A stretch of 64,000 nt of DNA from Magallana gigas (taxonomy: Eukaryota): positions 12,276,001 to 12,340,000 of the forward strand of contig NC_088859.1 in assembly GCF_963853765.1 (NCBI RefSeq). Reading direction: 5' to 3'. The position numbers were made by a program, and so were the translations under genes. The notes beneath the pieces are model-generated. The model ran no database searches, was not told the DNA's origin, and worked only from the letters and a program-made list of their open reading frames with translations. This document shows positions 1-13,968 of the stretch, one piece after another. Within the stretch, counting starts at the first letter, position 1. Every line of letters starts with the position of its first letter.

Positions 1-28
1 TACATAGTCTGAGACACACAATACTAAC

Positions 29-3000
29 CACTTGGTGAATGAGGAGCTTGGTCTGTGCAGTTCCTTCCCCTGAGTCCTGGTCCATCCCCTTATGATCCTT
101 CAGTATAGAAGAGTGGTCACTATTCAAGGCCTTGAATTGTGTCTGAAGGTTAGCAGTTATGTTTTGCAAAGCACTCAAGTAAACCTGAAAGAACCAACAT
201 ATACAATATTAATCTTACATTCAGGAAATATTCCGAAATAAGGTACAGTCGCACCTGCTGTTACGGCCACCTTTAATCAGCGGCCACTCGCCATGAGCGG
301 CCAGTTTTAATCCCGCCCGTTTAGTTTTACACTATATTTTAACTGATTTAAGCGGCCACCTGTCTAACGTGGCCAGCGGCCACTGTTTTTAGGTCCCGTG
401 GCTTCAACATGCCTGTTTTCAACGGCCATTTTGTCTGTTTTGTCACATGACTTTTGAATCTGACATGTGACCCCGTATCGAAAGAAGCCAAACTTCGAAA
501 GCTGATAATGAGTTAATGACAAATAAATGAGTGTGTTATTTGAAGTCTGCTGAGATTTAATGTGATAATTGATTATCATAACACCTGTTTTGTGTTGTTT
601 ATATATCGACACGTACTTATATACTTCATTACAAAGTCATTGTATATGGCCAGTCTTGCGCTGAACAGCTTAACATGTGCAAAATAGCCGGTAGTATGCA
701 CTTTTTTCCTAGAAAATTTCTTTGAGATAATAAAATGGGTTCTTAATATATATAAGAATGGAATTTTGATACTTTTTTTAAAAGGGAAAACATCGGCTAT
801 CGTAGTTCAGTAAGTAGCCTTTGTACGGAAACACTACTTCTGTTTGTTTACCGCATTTAATCCCTTGAAAATTATCATTTGGGCGTATTTAGCAGAAAAT
901 GTTTTGTTCTTAATCCCTTGATAGATAAATGGAACTAAAACGGCCATTTAGAATTAATATAAACTGTTTATTTAGCATTCCGAGCTGTGCATTCACCATC
1001 TCTGTGTACGCCGCCATTACAGATGCTATTAATAAATCTGTGCAATAGTACTCGATGTTTTTTTTCCATTAGTTTGAAACCTGGAATAAGAGGCCACCTG
1101 TCTTTAGCGGCCAGTTTGGCATTGTCCCACAGGTGGTCGCTTAAAACAGGTGCGACTGTACCTTTTTTATGTTTATGGGGAAAGAATAGGGGCTGGCTAG
1201 GTAATCCAATTACACAAGGTCCTAGGCACTCTCTCTCCCTTTCTTCTTTTTATCTCACTCACCTCATGACTTGACAGTTTTGATTGAATTTTTGGCAGCT
1301 CAGACCACAGAGAGTTGTTGACCAGCTGTATCATGTTGCTCAGATTCTCCAGTTTCTAAAATTGAAAAAAAAATATCACTGTAGTATTAATTGAACTACA
1401 TGTATTTTTAAACACATACTTGCAACCTTCTTGATTATCTGTGACATTTAACCAGACATTTAAGTGAGATTTAAACTACAGTAAAACATGGTTACATCTA
1501 ATATAATTATAACAAATTCAGGCTTACAGGGAAGTCAGAATGATTCCCCTTATCTGGAAATATATTATGCATTTATTGGATATAGTGAATAATTCTTAGA
1601 ACAAATCTGTATCTTTCATCCCTCATGCTTCACTATAACCATGTATTCCTGTACAACTTCTTGTTCATGATACTGGTCTTTTTGTTATGGAAAAAATGAA
1701 ATTTCCTTACTTCTGTGTCAAGGTCAACATGGCCTGACTCTCGACCCCCTGATTCACGACCACCACTCCCCATCTGTATGTTAAAAAACAACTTGTTTTA
1801 ATAAAATCTTAACAACATTGAAGAAATAATTGAAGATCACAGTCGGTATTTATCACATGTACCATATATGTCAGTACCATAATGTAATGTTTTAATACAG
1901 AGAAAAAAGTGTTACTGTGAATTTGTAACTTGACTATAACAGAAAATATTTTTAGTGATTTAATGAAGCAGAACAAACCTCCGGAGTCTGTTGTTTTTTC
2001 AGGTCTGCCAATTCTTTCTCAACTTTCTCTTTAAGTTTTTCCACCTCCAACTTCATTGCTTTCACATCAACTCCTAAATCCCCTATAGTCTGCAGGAATA
2101 GAAAGATGAATGCTAGCAACATCAGCTCATCTCATGATGAATTACCAATGCAATTAAAACTTAATATTGTGTAGTTGTGATTTGAAACCATTTTTTTTCT
2201 GATGCTCAGATGTAATGAACTTGTCACTAATGAATAGGCATTCAATATTAAGACTAGAGTAATAAATGTAGCAATTTCAGCACTTACCTTTAATAAGGTT
2301 GATTTTGGGACTTGAAATTTTCATGTATTGGCTTCATTACTTACCAGTGAGATAACTTGGACAAGAGAATTAATTTTGTGCAGATTTCATTACTTATCTC
2401 TGAGAGAATTTGGAATTGAGTAGGTAATGTCACTTACATTTGAGATAATGGGCACCTGCTTTGATAGTGTATTGACTTGATTCACAATGACTTGACTGCC
2501 TGGTTGACTTTTGCTGACTGCCTCTAAGGCGGAGCTTTGATCATTTACCTAAATAATTTCAGATCATTATTGGTAGTTACATGTACATCACATTCATTAA
2601 TTATTAACATCAAATATATGATAAACATATTGTTTTATCCGTACTAATGATATCTTAAGGACTTTAACAGATTGCATGTTTAGTCAAATTCGACGATTAA
2701 CTGAGATAAGATACAAAGATATGAGTGGGCATCACTGAGATTTCACATCCAGTGTCACATATTTTCACTATCCAAAAGCCGATTCATTCAACTTTTCTTG
2801 TTCCTAAGAACAATTCCTGTCCTTATTCTTTTTGACTTTTCAAAATTCCATGAAGGAAATATGGCGAATAGCATGAGGGCTGTTGTACATAATCATAAAC
2901 AAGGGTATACTGTCATTAGATGAGCTTCTTTTTCATCTTCTCAAAAAATAAAAGGCTTTCCCATGATGTAGTTTAGGCAGGATTTCATTAAATAATGAAA

Positions 3001-4998
3001 TTTTTACAATGGGGGTAACACCACATACACTTTATATGTTAACATATTTTAACAATGAATCTATAAACTTGAGCTGGTACCTGTAAATAAACTATGGAAA
3101 TTATGACCTTTGCAATCACAGAAAACAAACAAGGATATTTACTTTAGAAGTGAGGCTGGACAAACGTAGTTTAACATCGGCCATTTCCTTGGGGCTCTGT
3201 GTGACATTGACTAGATCTTTTTTGATACTGCTCTGAATTTGTTGCTTCAGTTCATCTACACTGGTCTGTAAACTGCTGCCTTTTACTGTCAATTAAAATT
3301 TAAAAAAAAATACAGTCATTAAAATCAAATTAAGATTGTCAGACTTTATTGCACATCTGTTCATGTATGTATAACATTTAATATGAAGAACTTAGCATCA
3401 GGTTTGTGGTTTGTGAAATTTAAGTCGTTTAACAAGATAAAACTTTATGCAAGAGCAAATAGTTTAGACAAACACTGGGTAATTTATTGTTTGTACATGC
3501 ATGTTTAATTTAGTTTTAAAATACTGTTCCAGTAATCAATCTTCTAGAAATAAAGCACCATTGTTAGCTAAGGTTACTAAAATATTGATTTACAGCAAAA
3601 TCATTGAAATTTCTTCTTACTGCAAACGGAGTATCAGTAGCTAATTATTTGCATTAATGTTACACATTATTTATTCATATACAGTAAAACACGCTTATAA
3701 TGAAGTGCCAGGACAGGCAATTTTGCTTTGTTATAAGCTTATTCATTATATACATCAAGTTTACAATATGTAATAAAGTCACAGGGAATGAAAATCACTT
3801 CCCTGCAAGCGACAATTCATTATAAGCGTGTTCGCTGTTACCATGTTTTACTGCATTAATCAATAAATCGTAGCATTTTCAATGCTGTTGATGTGTACCA
3901 ACCCATATTAACTAAAACCAAAGAAGCTAAAAAGTCATCTCAAGAAAAAACAGAGGAACAATCCTAAAATTTTTAAATTTACAAAATTTATATTAATATG
4001 ATACCTAACAGTAATGAATGAATTAAATTATTAACGTTTTTGTTAGCAGTATATTATCTTGAAATATCACTAGAACATGCAAATAAAATTTGACAGGTTA
4101 AAACCAGCCTACTACCTCAAAAATACCAGTCAAATAAAATTTCCTTCATATAATAATATGTCAATCCAATATTACTTGTCAATAGCAGAACATTCAGAGA
4201 TACACTCTATACATTTTTTTCCATAGAAACTTGAACCCTGCATGCTTTATAGTTGATGATGATTTTGTTTGCAACAGCTTGTAAAAGTAGACTCAATCAA
4301 TTTGTCATAAATAGTAATGAACAAGAAAGGCAAAAGAATAAAACAAAGACACATTCATCAGAACTCAATAAAAGAGAATCGACCAGTGGAAACAAAACAC
4401 AGAACTATTCAAGATACAACAAATAAGTCACCTTTATTAACTTCTTCCCGGATTTTTTCAACATTTTCTTTCAGTTGTAAATGCATGTATAACAAGGCGC
4501 CAATACAAATGAAACAAGTGACAACCATGAAAAATCCAAATACTGACATGCATGTGGAACAGCACGAGACTCGCCCCCTAGTGTTGGATAAGATAAAAAA
4601 AAATTGTTAACTGTTGATTTTTTCCAAATCAGATCATTTGTTATATAAAATTGAAAATCATTTTAAATTTGTTCAAAGATGGCAATCAAAATAATCCGAA
4701 AGCCCACGTAATTTAGTAAAACTAAAAGCCGAGACATGTTAATGTACGGAAATGAATTACACATTTGCCGCTAAATAAACCTCTCATTTAAAACTCACTG
4801 TCTCATGAAAGATTTACGATCAGTTATTAAAAATTCATCCACTTCGGACGACTCGGACTCCGTACGAAGAAGTTCGTGACCATTTTTCATCTTTCTCCGA
4901 GTTTTCCCACTTCCCACTAGTGCGTCAAGTTCTCGACGCTTTTTCATTTTCTTTGGCGGTTTAAAACCGACGTCTAAATTTCCCTGAGAGTCCAACAT
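29..4998 (-). CDS. EFCAB14: EFCAB14-like type II membrane coiled-coil protein, 5' part (continues beyond left edge). Exons 4998-4799, 4577-4432, 3285-3143, 2548-2438, 2089-1979, 1773-1711, 1355-1263, 184-29
   Basis: Exon 1 reads MKKRRELDALVG...HELLRTESESSEVDEF, recalling the vertebrate EFCAB14 N-terminus (MKKRKELNALIG...HRLLRTE). Exon 2 encodes a Cys-flanked TM helix (VSCCSTCMSVFGFFMVVTCFICIGALLYMHLQLKE) and later exons are coiled-coil-like. All introns are GT-AG with consistent phases (2,1,0,0,0,0,0) and an open frame. EF-hand not in window; name assigned from memory. Confidence 0.8.
246..1158. mobile_element. Non-autonomous TIR element (Tc1/mariner/pogo-type), intronic
   Basis: TA|CAGTCGCACCTG at 244-257 and CAGGTGCGACTG|TA at 1147-1160: perfect 12-bp TIR with TA on both sides; repeated subterminal GCGGCCA motifs; no transposase ORF. 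Confidence 0.9.
3682..3853. mobile_element. Short MITE with CAGTAAAACA termini; partial relative at ~1479-1540
   Basis: TA|CAGTAAAACACG ... CATGTTTTACTG|CA inverted termini; the same left terminus TACAGTAAAACATGG occurs at 1477. Confidence 0.7.
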
Positions 4999-5059
4999 GG
5001 GACATTGATAGATCTGATAATGTAAGTTTAAGGTCTAATCGATTTTGTAGTTTTTGACG

Positions 5060-5110
5060 TTCGATACGTACACCCGGAAGTGGTAAAACAAAAGTAGCTT
5101 TTACAAGAAA
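5060..5110 (-). promoter_or_regulatory. Promoter-like site of the proximal EFCAB14 first exon (ETS motif)
   Basis: CCGGAAGTG at 5074-5082, about 80 bp upstream of the ATG at 4998. Confidence 0.45.
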
Positions 5111-5807
5111 TACTTCGTATAAAAGAGCTTAGGAGGTGTCCGGTCCATTCGTACCAAATGAAATAAAAGAGTAGGACATTTCGCCCTCCCTTGTAGTCTT
5201 AACTCGTCATTCATCCTTAACCTGCAAATTACTTGCCAAAACCTTTGATTTTAATTCTAAACGAAAAACGCAATGAAATTCTCCCATGCCATGGATACAC
5301 ATACACTGCCAAAATGTATTTGATGTGACATAATTTCTTTCGAAATAAAATACATACATGTAAACCCTTATAAAACTTCTCTCACAATCTTGGTATGTAA
5401 CGAAGTATCAATAAAGTGAAGTGTAAGCCACTGATCTGCAAGGCATGGGTTTTAAATGCTGATTACATTTTGAACATAATAAACTTCAATATTCACATCA
5501 ATATACCAAGTACATAATTTTTATATGAATTTGAGTGCAAATGTTTATAATAATTTGAATCACGTACTTTTCACCAACAAGCAATAAAAACAGTTGTTTT
5601 TCTTGTGTATAAAGTTACTGGGTGTTGATGAATCATGGTTTTGATCTTGAATGTGTCTGAAAGTGTTAATTTTAATTAAATCTGGAAACATTAATACATG
5701 TATATCCATATTAATCATGTAATATACATATGTATAGACTTTGAGGTATGTGCAAGTGGCACCAGTAGAGATCAAATGCCACACATCAATATCCTTTGGC
5801 TCTCTTG

Positions 5808-6092
5808 TTAGTCCCATACCTGTTTTCACCGGAGGGGACTATAGCTTTCCTCTGCGTCCGTCAGTCTGTCTGTCTGTCCCACTTCAGTTTTCCACACTTT
5901 TTTTCTTTATGCGTTTGAGGAATAATATGAAATTTGCTGAACAGCTTCAAAATGTCAAACAACAGATCAAGTTTACACTTTTGTAGCGTCTGGTTGACAT
6001 ATTTTCGAGAGAAATTCTGCATAACAGAGCATTGTTTTCACAAACCAGTAGGGGACGTGTATTGCTTATGCAATACTCTCAGAATGCTTGTT
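5808..6092 (+). mobile_element. Helentron-associated non-autonomous element (HINE/DINE-1-like)
   Basis: 5' TTAGTCCCATACC followed closely by its inverted copy GGAGGGGACTA, then a (GTCY)n microsatellite; 3' CAGTAGGGGAC followed by a perfect hairpin GTATTGC-TTAT-GCAATAC (6059-6076). This is the canonical HINE layout. Confidence 0.8.
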
Positions 6093-6654
6093 GATATTGT
6101 CTTAGAGATGATGTGGAAAAGAGAGGACATTGATATATAAAAACGGCCATGTGTTGAAGTTGAACAACATTGACCAACGGCCAACTAATCACCAAGTACC
6201 CTACCGCCCCCCCCCCCCCCCCACCTCCTTTCATGAATGCCTCTCTCTCTCTAACACAGAGGATACAGTGCCACTGGAACTTGAAATGTTTGCATTCTAT
6301 TTATCATAAAGTTTTCTTTCTTCCAAAATATTTCTAGGTAAAATTGTATGGATACCCCGCATGCAAAGCTCTATGATCCATGAATATCAAACGTGAGGAA
6401 TTCAGCATTAAGGGGCATGAGATTGATTAGGAAAAACTTGATTTGGTCATTTTGAAGTCTTATCTTCCAGTATATGCAAAACTGAATATAATGCACTATT
6501 GATGAATTGGAACTGTCATATCTGTGTATAAATTCAAACTCTGTCACTTCTGTATTACTTATCAGTGAACAAGATAACTCAAAGCATAAATTTTGCTTAA
6601 AGCAGGTCAAATTTTGCAAGTCTGCTTCATTGTCATGATGGGTTGTGGACATAC

Positions 6655-8430
6655 CTTCATTGAGCTGCTGTTGTAGATCCTTCACTTGATTGGACAGCCA
6701 CACAGTAATGAAGCCCATAACCGTCACAGAGCACACCAACAGTAAAATAATCAGCATCTTCATGAACTGCCAGCAGTTACAGATCCCTCCATGGGACGAA
6801 GAGGGAGAACTATAGGGATTCCGCTTTCTGTAAAATAACATACCATGTTATTAATTAAACCAGAATAATACCAATGATCTTTTAAGGAGGCTGAATGGTT
6901 AATAAATGAACCATCGGATCTCCCTAAAACTTTAAAATATAGGGGTTCTTGGTTTTTTTTAGCTAAAAACTATTATTGAGAAAAGAAAACTCCATATATT
7001 TTGCTTTTTAAATTTTCAAATGGTATTTTTCTATATTTTTACATAGAGTTCTTCTTCAAAAGGAGATCGATACAGTCTAAAAATGGCCATACAGCCATCA
7101 AGCCCTTTTAAGCTATGGACTCGGCAGTTTATCTATTTTCCATAGCATATATGATTAACATTTACATTTCAGATGTTTGCAAAAATAGTACAGAAAAACA
7201 AGCAATAGGCGATAAAATACTACTATTTACAGTGGAAATAAAAACATTTCTTTGAGATTTCTTAGTTTGAAATGCTTTTTTAATTTTATACATCGTAGAA
7301 ACATTCCAGTTTGAAGGTGTAATTTTTTATCCATTTTCATCTTTTTGAGATTGGTTCATGAGATGTAATGTAATTTACGGATTCTCTTGCAAGTATTACT
7401 GGCATTATGAACAATTTTGGCCAAGGACCATTTCTCGCCAGTGCACTGTTACGACATTTTATCAACATCATATAAAAAAATAATGTAACAATGCACTGTC
7501 GAAAAATGGTACTTGACGAGGATTGGTCGCATGCCAGCATGGAATGATTAATAAGGACTGTGTTTGTTTGATATACTGTTAAAGTGAGGGGTTCCCCTAA
7601 AAATCCACGACAACTGCACAGGACATAACAAGCTCCCATGGTTCCACAGTACCATGCATGCTATTTTTTTGTTGTTGAAAACTTAAGTTTTAGAATTTCT
7701 GAATGATATACAATTCTCATTTTAATAAGGGCTCCATCAAGTATTCAATTTCAAATTTGCTGATAAATGCTTATTAAAAGAGTCAGGCAGGAAACTGAGT
7801 AAGTGGGTCTACTTGAGGAACTGGACCCCAAATTTTTCATTTCTTTTAAATGCCTCTCAGAAAAAAAAATAAAATATCATATGTAAGTTATCGAACTCAG
7901 CAGTAAATGCAAGTTCTAATATACCTGTAAATACATCACAAAAATCATAGCTGCATGCATGTTTTTCTACCATATGCAGTCTGTCGTGTATACTAGGTCT
8001 TAATAAAATTTAACACCTGCTGACCAACATAGGGCATATCAATCTATGAAAACTACAAGTCTGGAAATCAGAAGTGAATTAACACTTGGGGCGATGGAAG
8101 AAACAATTAGATAATATAGAAACATGACGTAAAATCGGTAAACAGTGGTAAACATGCTCTGTCAAAGATATTTGCTACTAGAAAGTGAAAGACATCTCTC
8201 TTTTTTTTTTTTTACTGTAATAGTGATTTTCTGAAGTTTTGAGCATTGCTACAAGTGTATAATGCTTCTATTCCAACTTCACACACGAGACAATGCCAGC
8301 AGTCATACCTGCGAACTTGCTTCTTTCCTTTCAGGGGAGGCAGCTGAAGCTCGTCTGTTTCCGACGAATCGTCTAACAGTGTCATCATGAGTTCCTCCCT
8401 CTGAATGTGGCCGTTACTACCCTTCTTCAT
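6655..8430 (-). CDS. Upstream two-exon module (8430-8309, 6827-6655): cytoplasmic tail + TM helix + coiled-coil start; probable alternative N-terminus of the EFCAB14-like gene
   Basis: ATG AAG AAG...CGC AG|gtatga (phase 2), ttacag|A AAG CGG, TM MLIILLLVCSVTVMGFITVWL, ends GAA G|gtatgt (phase 1), matching the phase-1 acceptor at 3285. Confidence 0.7.
6882..7112. mobile_element. Possible degenerate TTAA-flanked MITE
   Basis: TTAAGGAGGCTGAATG at the left loosely mirrors CATCAAGCCCTTTTAA at the right; internal ATCGGATCTCC / GGAGATCGAT inverted pair. Confidence 0.35.
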
Positions 8431-10351
8431 TGTTGCTTCTCATTACAACCCTCCCAAAAAACAAATCTGAACTTTGACAACTCCAGAACTCTTTCTTGTT
8501 TTTCTCAAACAGGAAGTTGTTGTAGGATTTAGGATAATTAGGTTGTACCAAATAATTTCGTTCGTCCAAATACTGTCCCAAATCAAGCTTCCCCAACTAG
8601 TAACAAATAACAAATTTAACTTCCTGGTAACTATCAGTTTAAAGAGTTGAATCACAACATTAAAATCCATTGCCTTCATAACTCCTATCAGCTGATAACA
8701 AACCATGTGACCATACCAATGTCAAGATAAATTTAGAGTAGCATAAGTGCACTGATTACAGAAATTCTTACCACAATGTCCATATAGGTTGGCCTTTCAT
8801 ACCTTTACATTTCAATACACGTATAACTTTCTGAAATAAGAGATTAATACTTTGCATTTATCTTCCACAGAGCTAAACTATCAAAAAATGTTGAAGACAT
8901 CTGTAAGTAACTTTTTTATTTCAACAATAAAGAAAAAAAAATACAAACATAACAAATATTGAGATGTAGAGATAGTTCAAAAATATTTACGCAATATTGC
9001 AATACAAACTTTTTTCCAGTATGCCAAAACTTTGCTGGGATTCATTTACATGTGTAACACATCATGAAACAAAATGGTCACAAATGGCATTAAGCTTGTC
9101 AAACTTAAATACCCGGTACTACCTTTCTCGAGTGAACAAAGACTAGTAACAGTCATCTACAGAAACATTGTAGTATGCAATTCAACCTAAGCAATTTTCT
9201 GTCACATTTCTCTCTGTTGTTTTTTATCACTTGGTTTACAGCATAAATATCTTCATACATGCCATTTATGAAAATGAATTTATGACCATCAGTATAAGTT
9301 CCCCAAATATGCCTTTTAAAAATATACAAAATTTTTACTATTTTTGTTTTTGAAATTTTAGAATGGGATATAAAAATATAATACTCAAGTCATCACACTG
9401 ATCAAGGTCAATCTTAGCATGAAACTTTCATCTTCCTTACTAACATATACTCCCAAAATAAATATGTTTATATCCATTATACAGTAATACTTAGCCAGAC
9501 ATGACTGAAAAACCAAACAATTTTTTAACATTATCTCAAGACCAGTTGAACTTTTGCATTTGCAAATAAATCTAAAATGAGTTTGAATGTGACATAACAA
9601 CAATTGAAAAATTATTTGAATTATGAAACAATTTAAGTGTTTCCGAAAACTCACAGATAAAAGTAGGAATATAGAATTTCATAAACACCCTTCTTCTAAA
9701 TTTGGAATAATATCAAAATGTGCATACTTCTATCAAAACTGCACTCTACTTAAAATCCAAAACATGTCCAAGAATACATACACGTAGTAATTGAAATATC
9801 TAAATTAACAAATCTCCTGTTAGTCTTATATTTAAAATGAACCTTACAACCTATAAAATTAATGAGAAATAGCAGGAAAAAAGTAGAAAGAAGGAAAAAT
9901 CTTGGACATACTATTATATAAACCCTGCCTTAGCCACTTGACTGGACTTATACACAGTTTCTACAACATGATTTGGTCAACTGTTTATAAACATTTTGAT
10001 CCAAGTCTTACATAAAACATTAATGATAAATCATCATCTGAAACTTTAACATGGTGACAAAACTCACAGACTTAGAAACATGTCATATGCTACAGAGCAT
10101 AAAATGAACGCTGTACACTGAAAGACAAAGCAAAAAAACATGGCCATTAAATGGCTTTGGCAAGTACTAACACGTACAATACTTATATAACATACATACA
10201 TCGTACCTGTACTCAATCTAATTAATAAAAAATTTTCCATGAATTATCTATTAACCTGTATTTATTGGGAGGAGAAGGTAAACATGTTGTGTATGACTTA
10301 TGAAAAATTACGGTATACAAAAACAAGAACAGTTGAGTTTATATAGACAAA

Positions 10352-12808
10352 CTAGACATCTACAGATAGTTCTTGATTGCTTTGAATGATAGCATCTAAT
10401 AAGTACTCTAAATTGTCAGAATTCCTGAAAAAATGGTGTTCAAAATGAACCCCCGGTAAAAGTCGGTGAAGAAGAGAGTGGACCTTCTTCATGAACATCT
10501 TTAGACACTTCTTCGGCTTTTTGCACAAAACAACGGAAGGTTCAAACACTTCGACGACCTTAACTGTGGAGGATTCAGTGTTAGCTACACCCTCTTCATT
10601 GTCAGCATCACGTGGAGTCTCTACTACACAAGTTAAACCTTGAACTGCCATTTCATTCTTACTTTCAGTTGGAAAAGTTTCACTAGTCTTTTCAACTGCT
10701 AGTAGCTCCATGAGAGGGTCAGATCTAGAGGCTGAAGTACTTTTCGAATCACCATTGGCGAGAACACTTGCTAATTTGTCCAAAACATGGACATCATTTT
10801 CACAATTGTCAACTAAAACATCAGAGGTTGTAGGAACTTTGTCGTTGCTTTTGTCATCATCACTTTTGTTGTCTATGTCATGATCCTCCATTGGGACTTC
10901 AGAGGGAGCAGTACTGACTGTGGGGGGTTGTGCATCTTCTATATCCATAGGAACCATTTCCTGAACACTGGTACATATCACTTTCTCCTGGAAAGAGTTC
11001 ACAAGATTTTGTGTTTATTGATTAACACTAAAACTTACTTTAATTCTAATGTAGCAATAATAAATATTATATGTCAATAATTTTGTTTAATGACTAATAA
11101 CTTATATATTAAATTTTACCTGGCTTGCATCCTTCATGACTTCATCCTCTATAACCATGTGAGTTCCATCTGGAAGTGCTTCAGATGAGATCATTTCTCT
11201 GGGCTTGTTTGTTGGCAAGAATCCTTGGTAATCTGAGTCCACATTGGTTTGCTGATCATTTGCAAAGTCAACATTGACAGATATTGTTTCACAGGTTGCT
11301 TCACATGTAAACGACTGATCCTGCACAATTCCTGAATCTGATAGACTTTGAAATCTTGATGTTGGAGGTGGGGAGGATATATTGGACGAAATATTGGAAA
11401 CATAAGCAGTACAATTTTCTAGCACTGGCATTTCATCATCTAAACACTCACTCTCATCCTGATATTTATGCAGAGAGTGAATATCTGTGTCCTCAGATTC
11501 AAGGTCCTTCTCTCTGTTGCTTGAGCGAATGACACGCATAACAAATTCTATGAATTCATCCACACTCTCAGTTTCTGCTTTCACTGTATGTTTCAGGTTA
11601 GCTGGTAGTAAACATTGTAATAGTAGAACAATTTTATTTCTCAGTGACACAAGGCGCATCATGTCTTGAATGAAATGTTTTTGTTCTTTCAGCAACTTTT
11701 TCTCATGCTGACGGGACTGTTTCTCTTTTTTGCTATGACTTTCTGCATCAATACAACATGCACAACTGTTATTCTTCACATTACGAGACCTGCGTCTCCT
11801 AGAGATTTTAGCTGGTACTTTATCAACATGACACACAAAGTCTGGATCGTTGGATGGGCAAGCTTCTTCTTCTTCTTCCTGAGGTGTTGACAAGAAAGAC
11901 ATGAACTGTTGCTGCCATGCAATTGGAGTTAAAACTGATTTTCTTCTGGATGAAGTTCTAGTATTCAAACTTGAATTGGTGACATTGACTTCTGATGAAT
12001 CTGTAGTTGATGGTTTGGGTACAACCTGAGAGTCACAATGTTGGTTTATCACACAACTTTTAGGTTTATCAACTTTATTTTGGACAGAATTTTGATGACC
12101 TCCAGTTTTAACAAGAGAATCAGGTTGCAGTTCATAAGAAGAATATATCACGGCTTCTTTATCAGACACCTTTTGCAAAAGAGGTGTGTCAGGCACTTCT
12201 GGCAGTTGAGATTCAAGACAATCTTTATTAACCCCACATAAGCACCCATTGTTTTGGGAATTGTTATTTTGTTCACAACATGACTGAGTATCTGTACAAG
12301 ATGCACTTGTTGGCTTTGCTGAACCTTGTTCTTGACTAGTTAAACCTTCTGGTGATCCACAGCTATTGCTGCTGTTAAAAGGTGAATTGCCATTGTCCCG
12401 AATTCCAGAAAACTCTTGAGAAATGCCCGTTATTGGAAAATCTGTGCAGAAAGTCTCACTGTTCATCAAAGAAGAATTGAAGTTTCTTGGTTCCTTCCGT
12501 AAATTAGTGCAATTTGAGGTATCTGCCCTTGAATGAAATTCAGACCACGGGGTCTGCTGATTTCCCATCCATACATCATTGCTTGAAAAAATACCATGTT
12601 TCAGTTTTTTCCTTTTCTGCCAATCAAACTTCTTTTTACTTGCACCACTGGCCCACCATTGTTTTCTATACTTCTTGCGCAATCTTTTGTACACATTCTG
12701 TGAATCTCTTTTCTCTTTCATTGCACCATTGGTTGTTAATGGTTTGTTGGAATTACTTTCACCAATACTCTGCAGATGTATTATGAATTCTCTTTCAAAG
12801 CCTGCCAT
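10352..12808 (-). CDS. Uncharacterised 774-aa protein, two coding exons (12808-11120, 10987-10352)
   Basis: The 568-aa and 216-aa ORFs join in phase 0 through CAG|gtaaaa ... ctctttccag|GAG (131-bp intron). Basic N-terminal segment (NLS-like), long S/N/D/E-rich low-complexity parts and two related helical motifs. Confidence 0.75.
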
Positions 12809-13968
12809 CTGGCTATTTTGTGTGGTCTTTTATCTGCATCAATACAATCACCACATTCTTCATCTGAAAAAAAGGAAGAGAAATGTTTGCAATTTAAAGC
12901 TATGTATAAATTAAAAAAAAAAGGAAAGATGTAGCAGTCAAACAATTCAGAGAACTGAAACTCATAGCCTTTGGATTATCTTCTCATGTTTGCTAATATC
13001 ACTACTAGTAGAACTTGCGAATCATTTGAGCAAAAGGGTGTACTAATATTTAAACAAGCTTAATAGAATGTGACATGTCTTTGAAAGCCAAGGCAACACC
13101 AATTTGTTTGATCCTCTCCAATCTAAATTTGGTTGCAACCTTTACAGCTCATTAAACATTGACAAACGTGAGAAAAGTATGTTTGGAGATTGATCCATCT
13201 TTATCTAATCAAAGTAAAAAATAAAGTGTTTTTAAGGCTGATGTAATCACAGCACACAACCTGCAAAATTTATTTCAAACAGTCAAATGTGACAACCTAT
13301 ATAAATCATCATTCTAATAATTCTTTGTGGTTAACCAGGCAAGGGTATGGGGAGGTCAATTCGGAATCCAGACAAATGAATTGGAATCAGTATTTCAACT
13401 CCATTGTTCAATAGATTAGATTACTGTAAAACAATGTCACATAAGTTGAATTCTCTACTACTTTCTTATTTAGACTGATTTATTAATCAATTTGCAACAG
13501 GTATGAAAAATTTCCTAGCACCAAGAATTGAATGCAGAGCAGTGCATGGTCAATGCTATATACCCCTTCACAGTAACTGTAGTACTACTCTTTTGCAGGA
13601 CAAAATGATATATTTTGATTAAAAGATGACGCAATGTCAATTGTTTAATCTACCATCTATAACATCGCCAAACTTTATCAATTTGCCCTGCAAGAGAAAT
13701 GTACTACAGTTAACGTGAAAGGGTCTATTTGATTATTAAAGATAAATAACAAGTCATGCTTTGCCTCATGAAATAGAAGCCAATCAAGCCATGTGTATCT
13801 AGGGAGACAACAAAGAAATAGAGTATTCTCATCTTCAAGTTTCGACGATGGAACCCAAAATTGCTTTGAAAGTTCATAATATGTTTCAGATGAGGTATAA
13901 ACCTATTTGTCCATCGTTCCATGGGACAGACTTGCGTCATACTCATATATATCTACAATTTAACTTAC

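Noticed and set aside
4317-4610. 97-aa plus-strand ORF
   Set aside because: Antisense to the EFCAB14-like TM exon.
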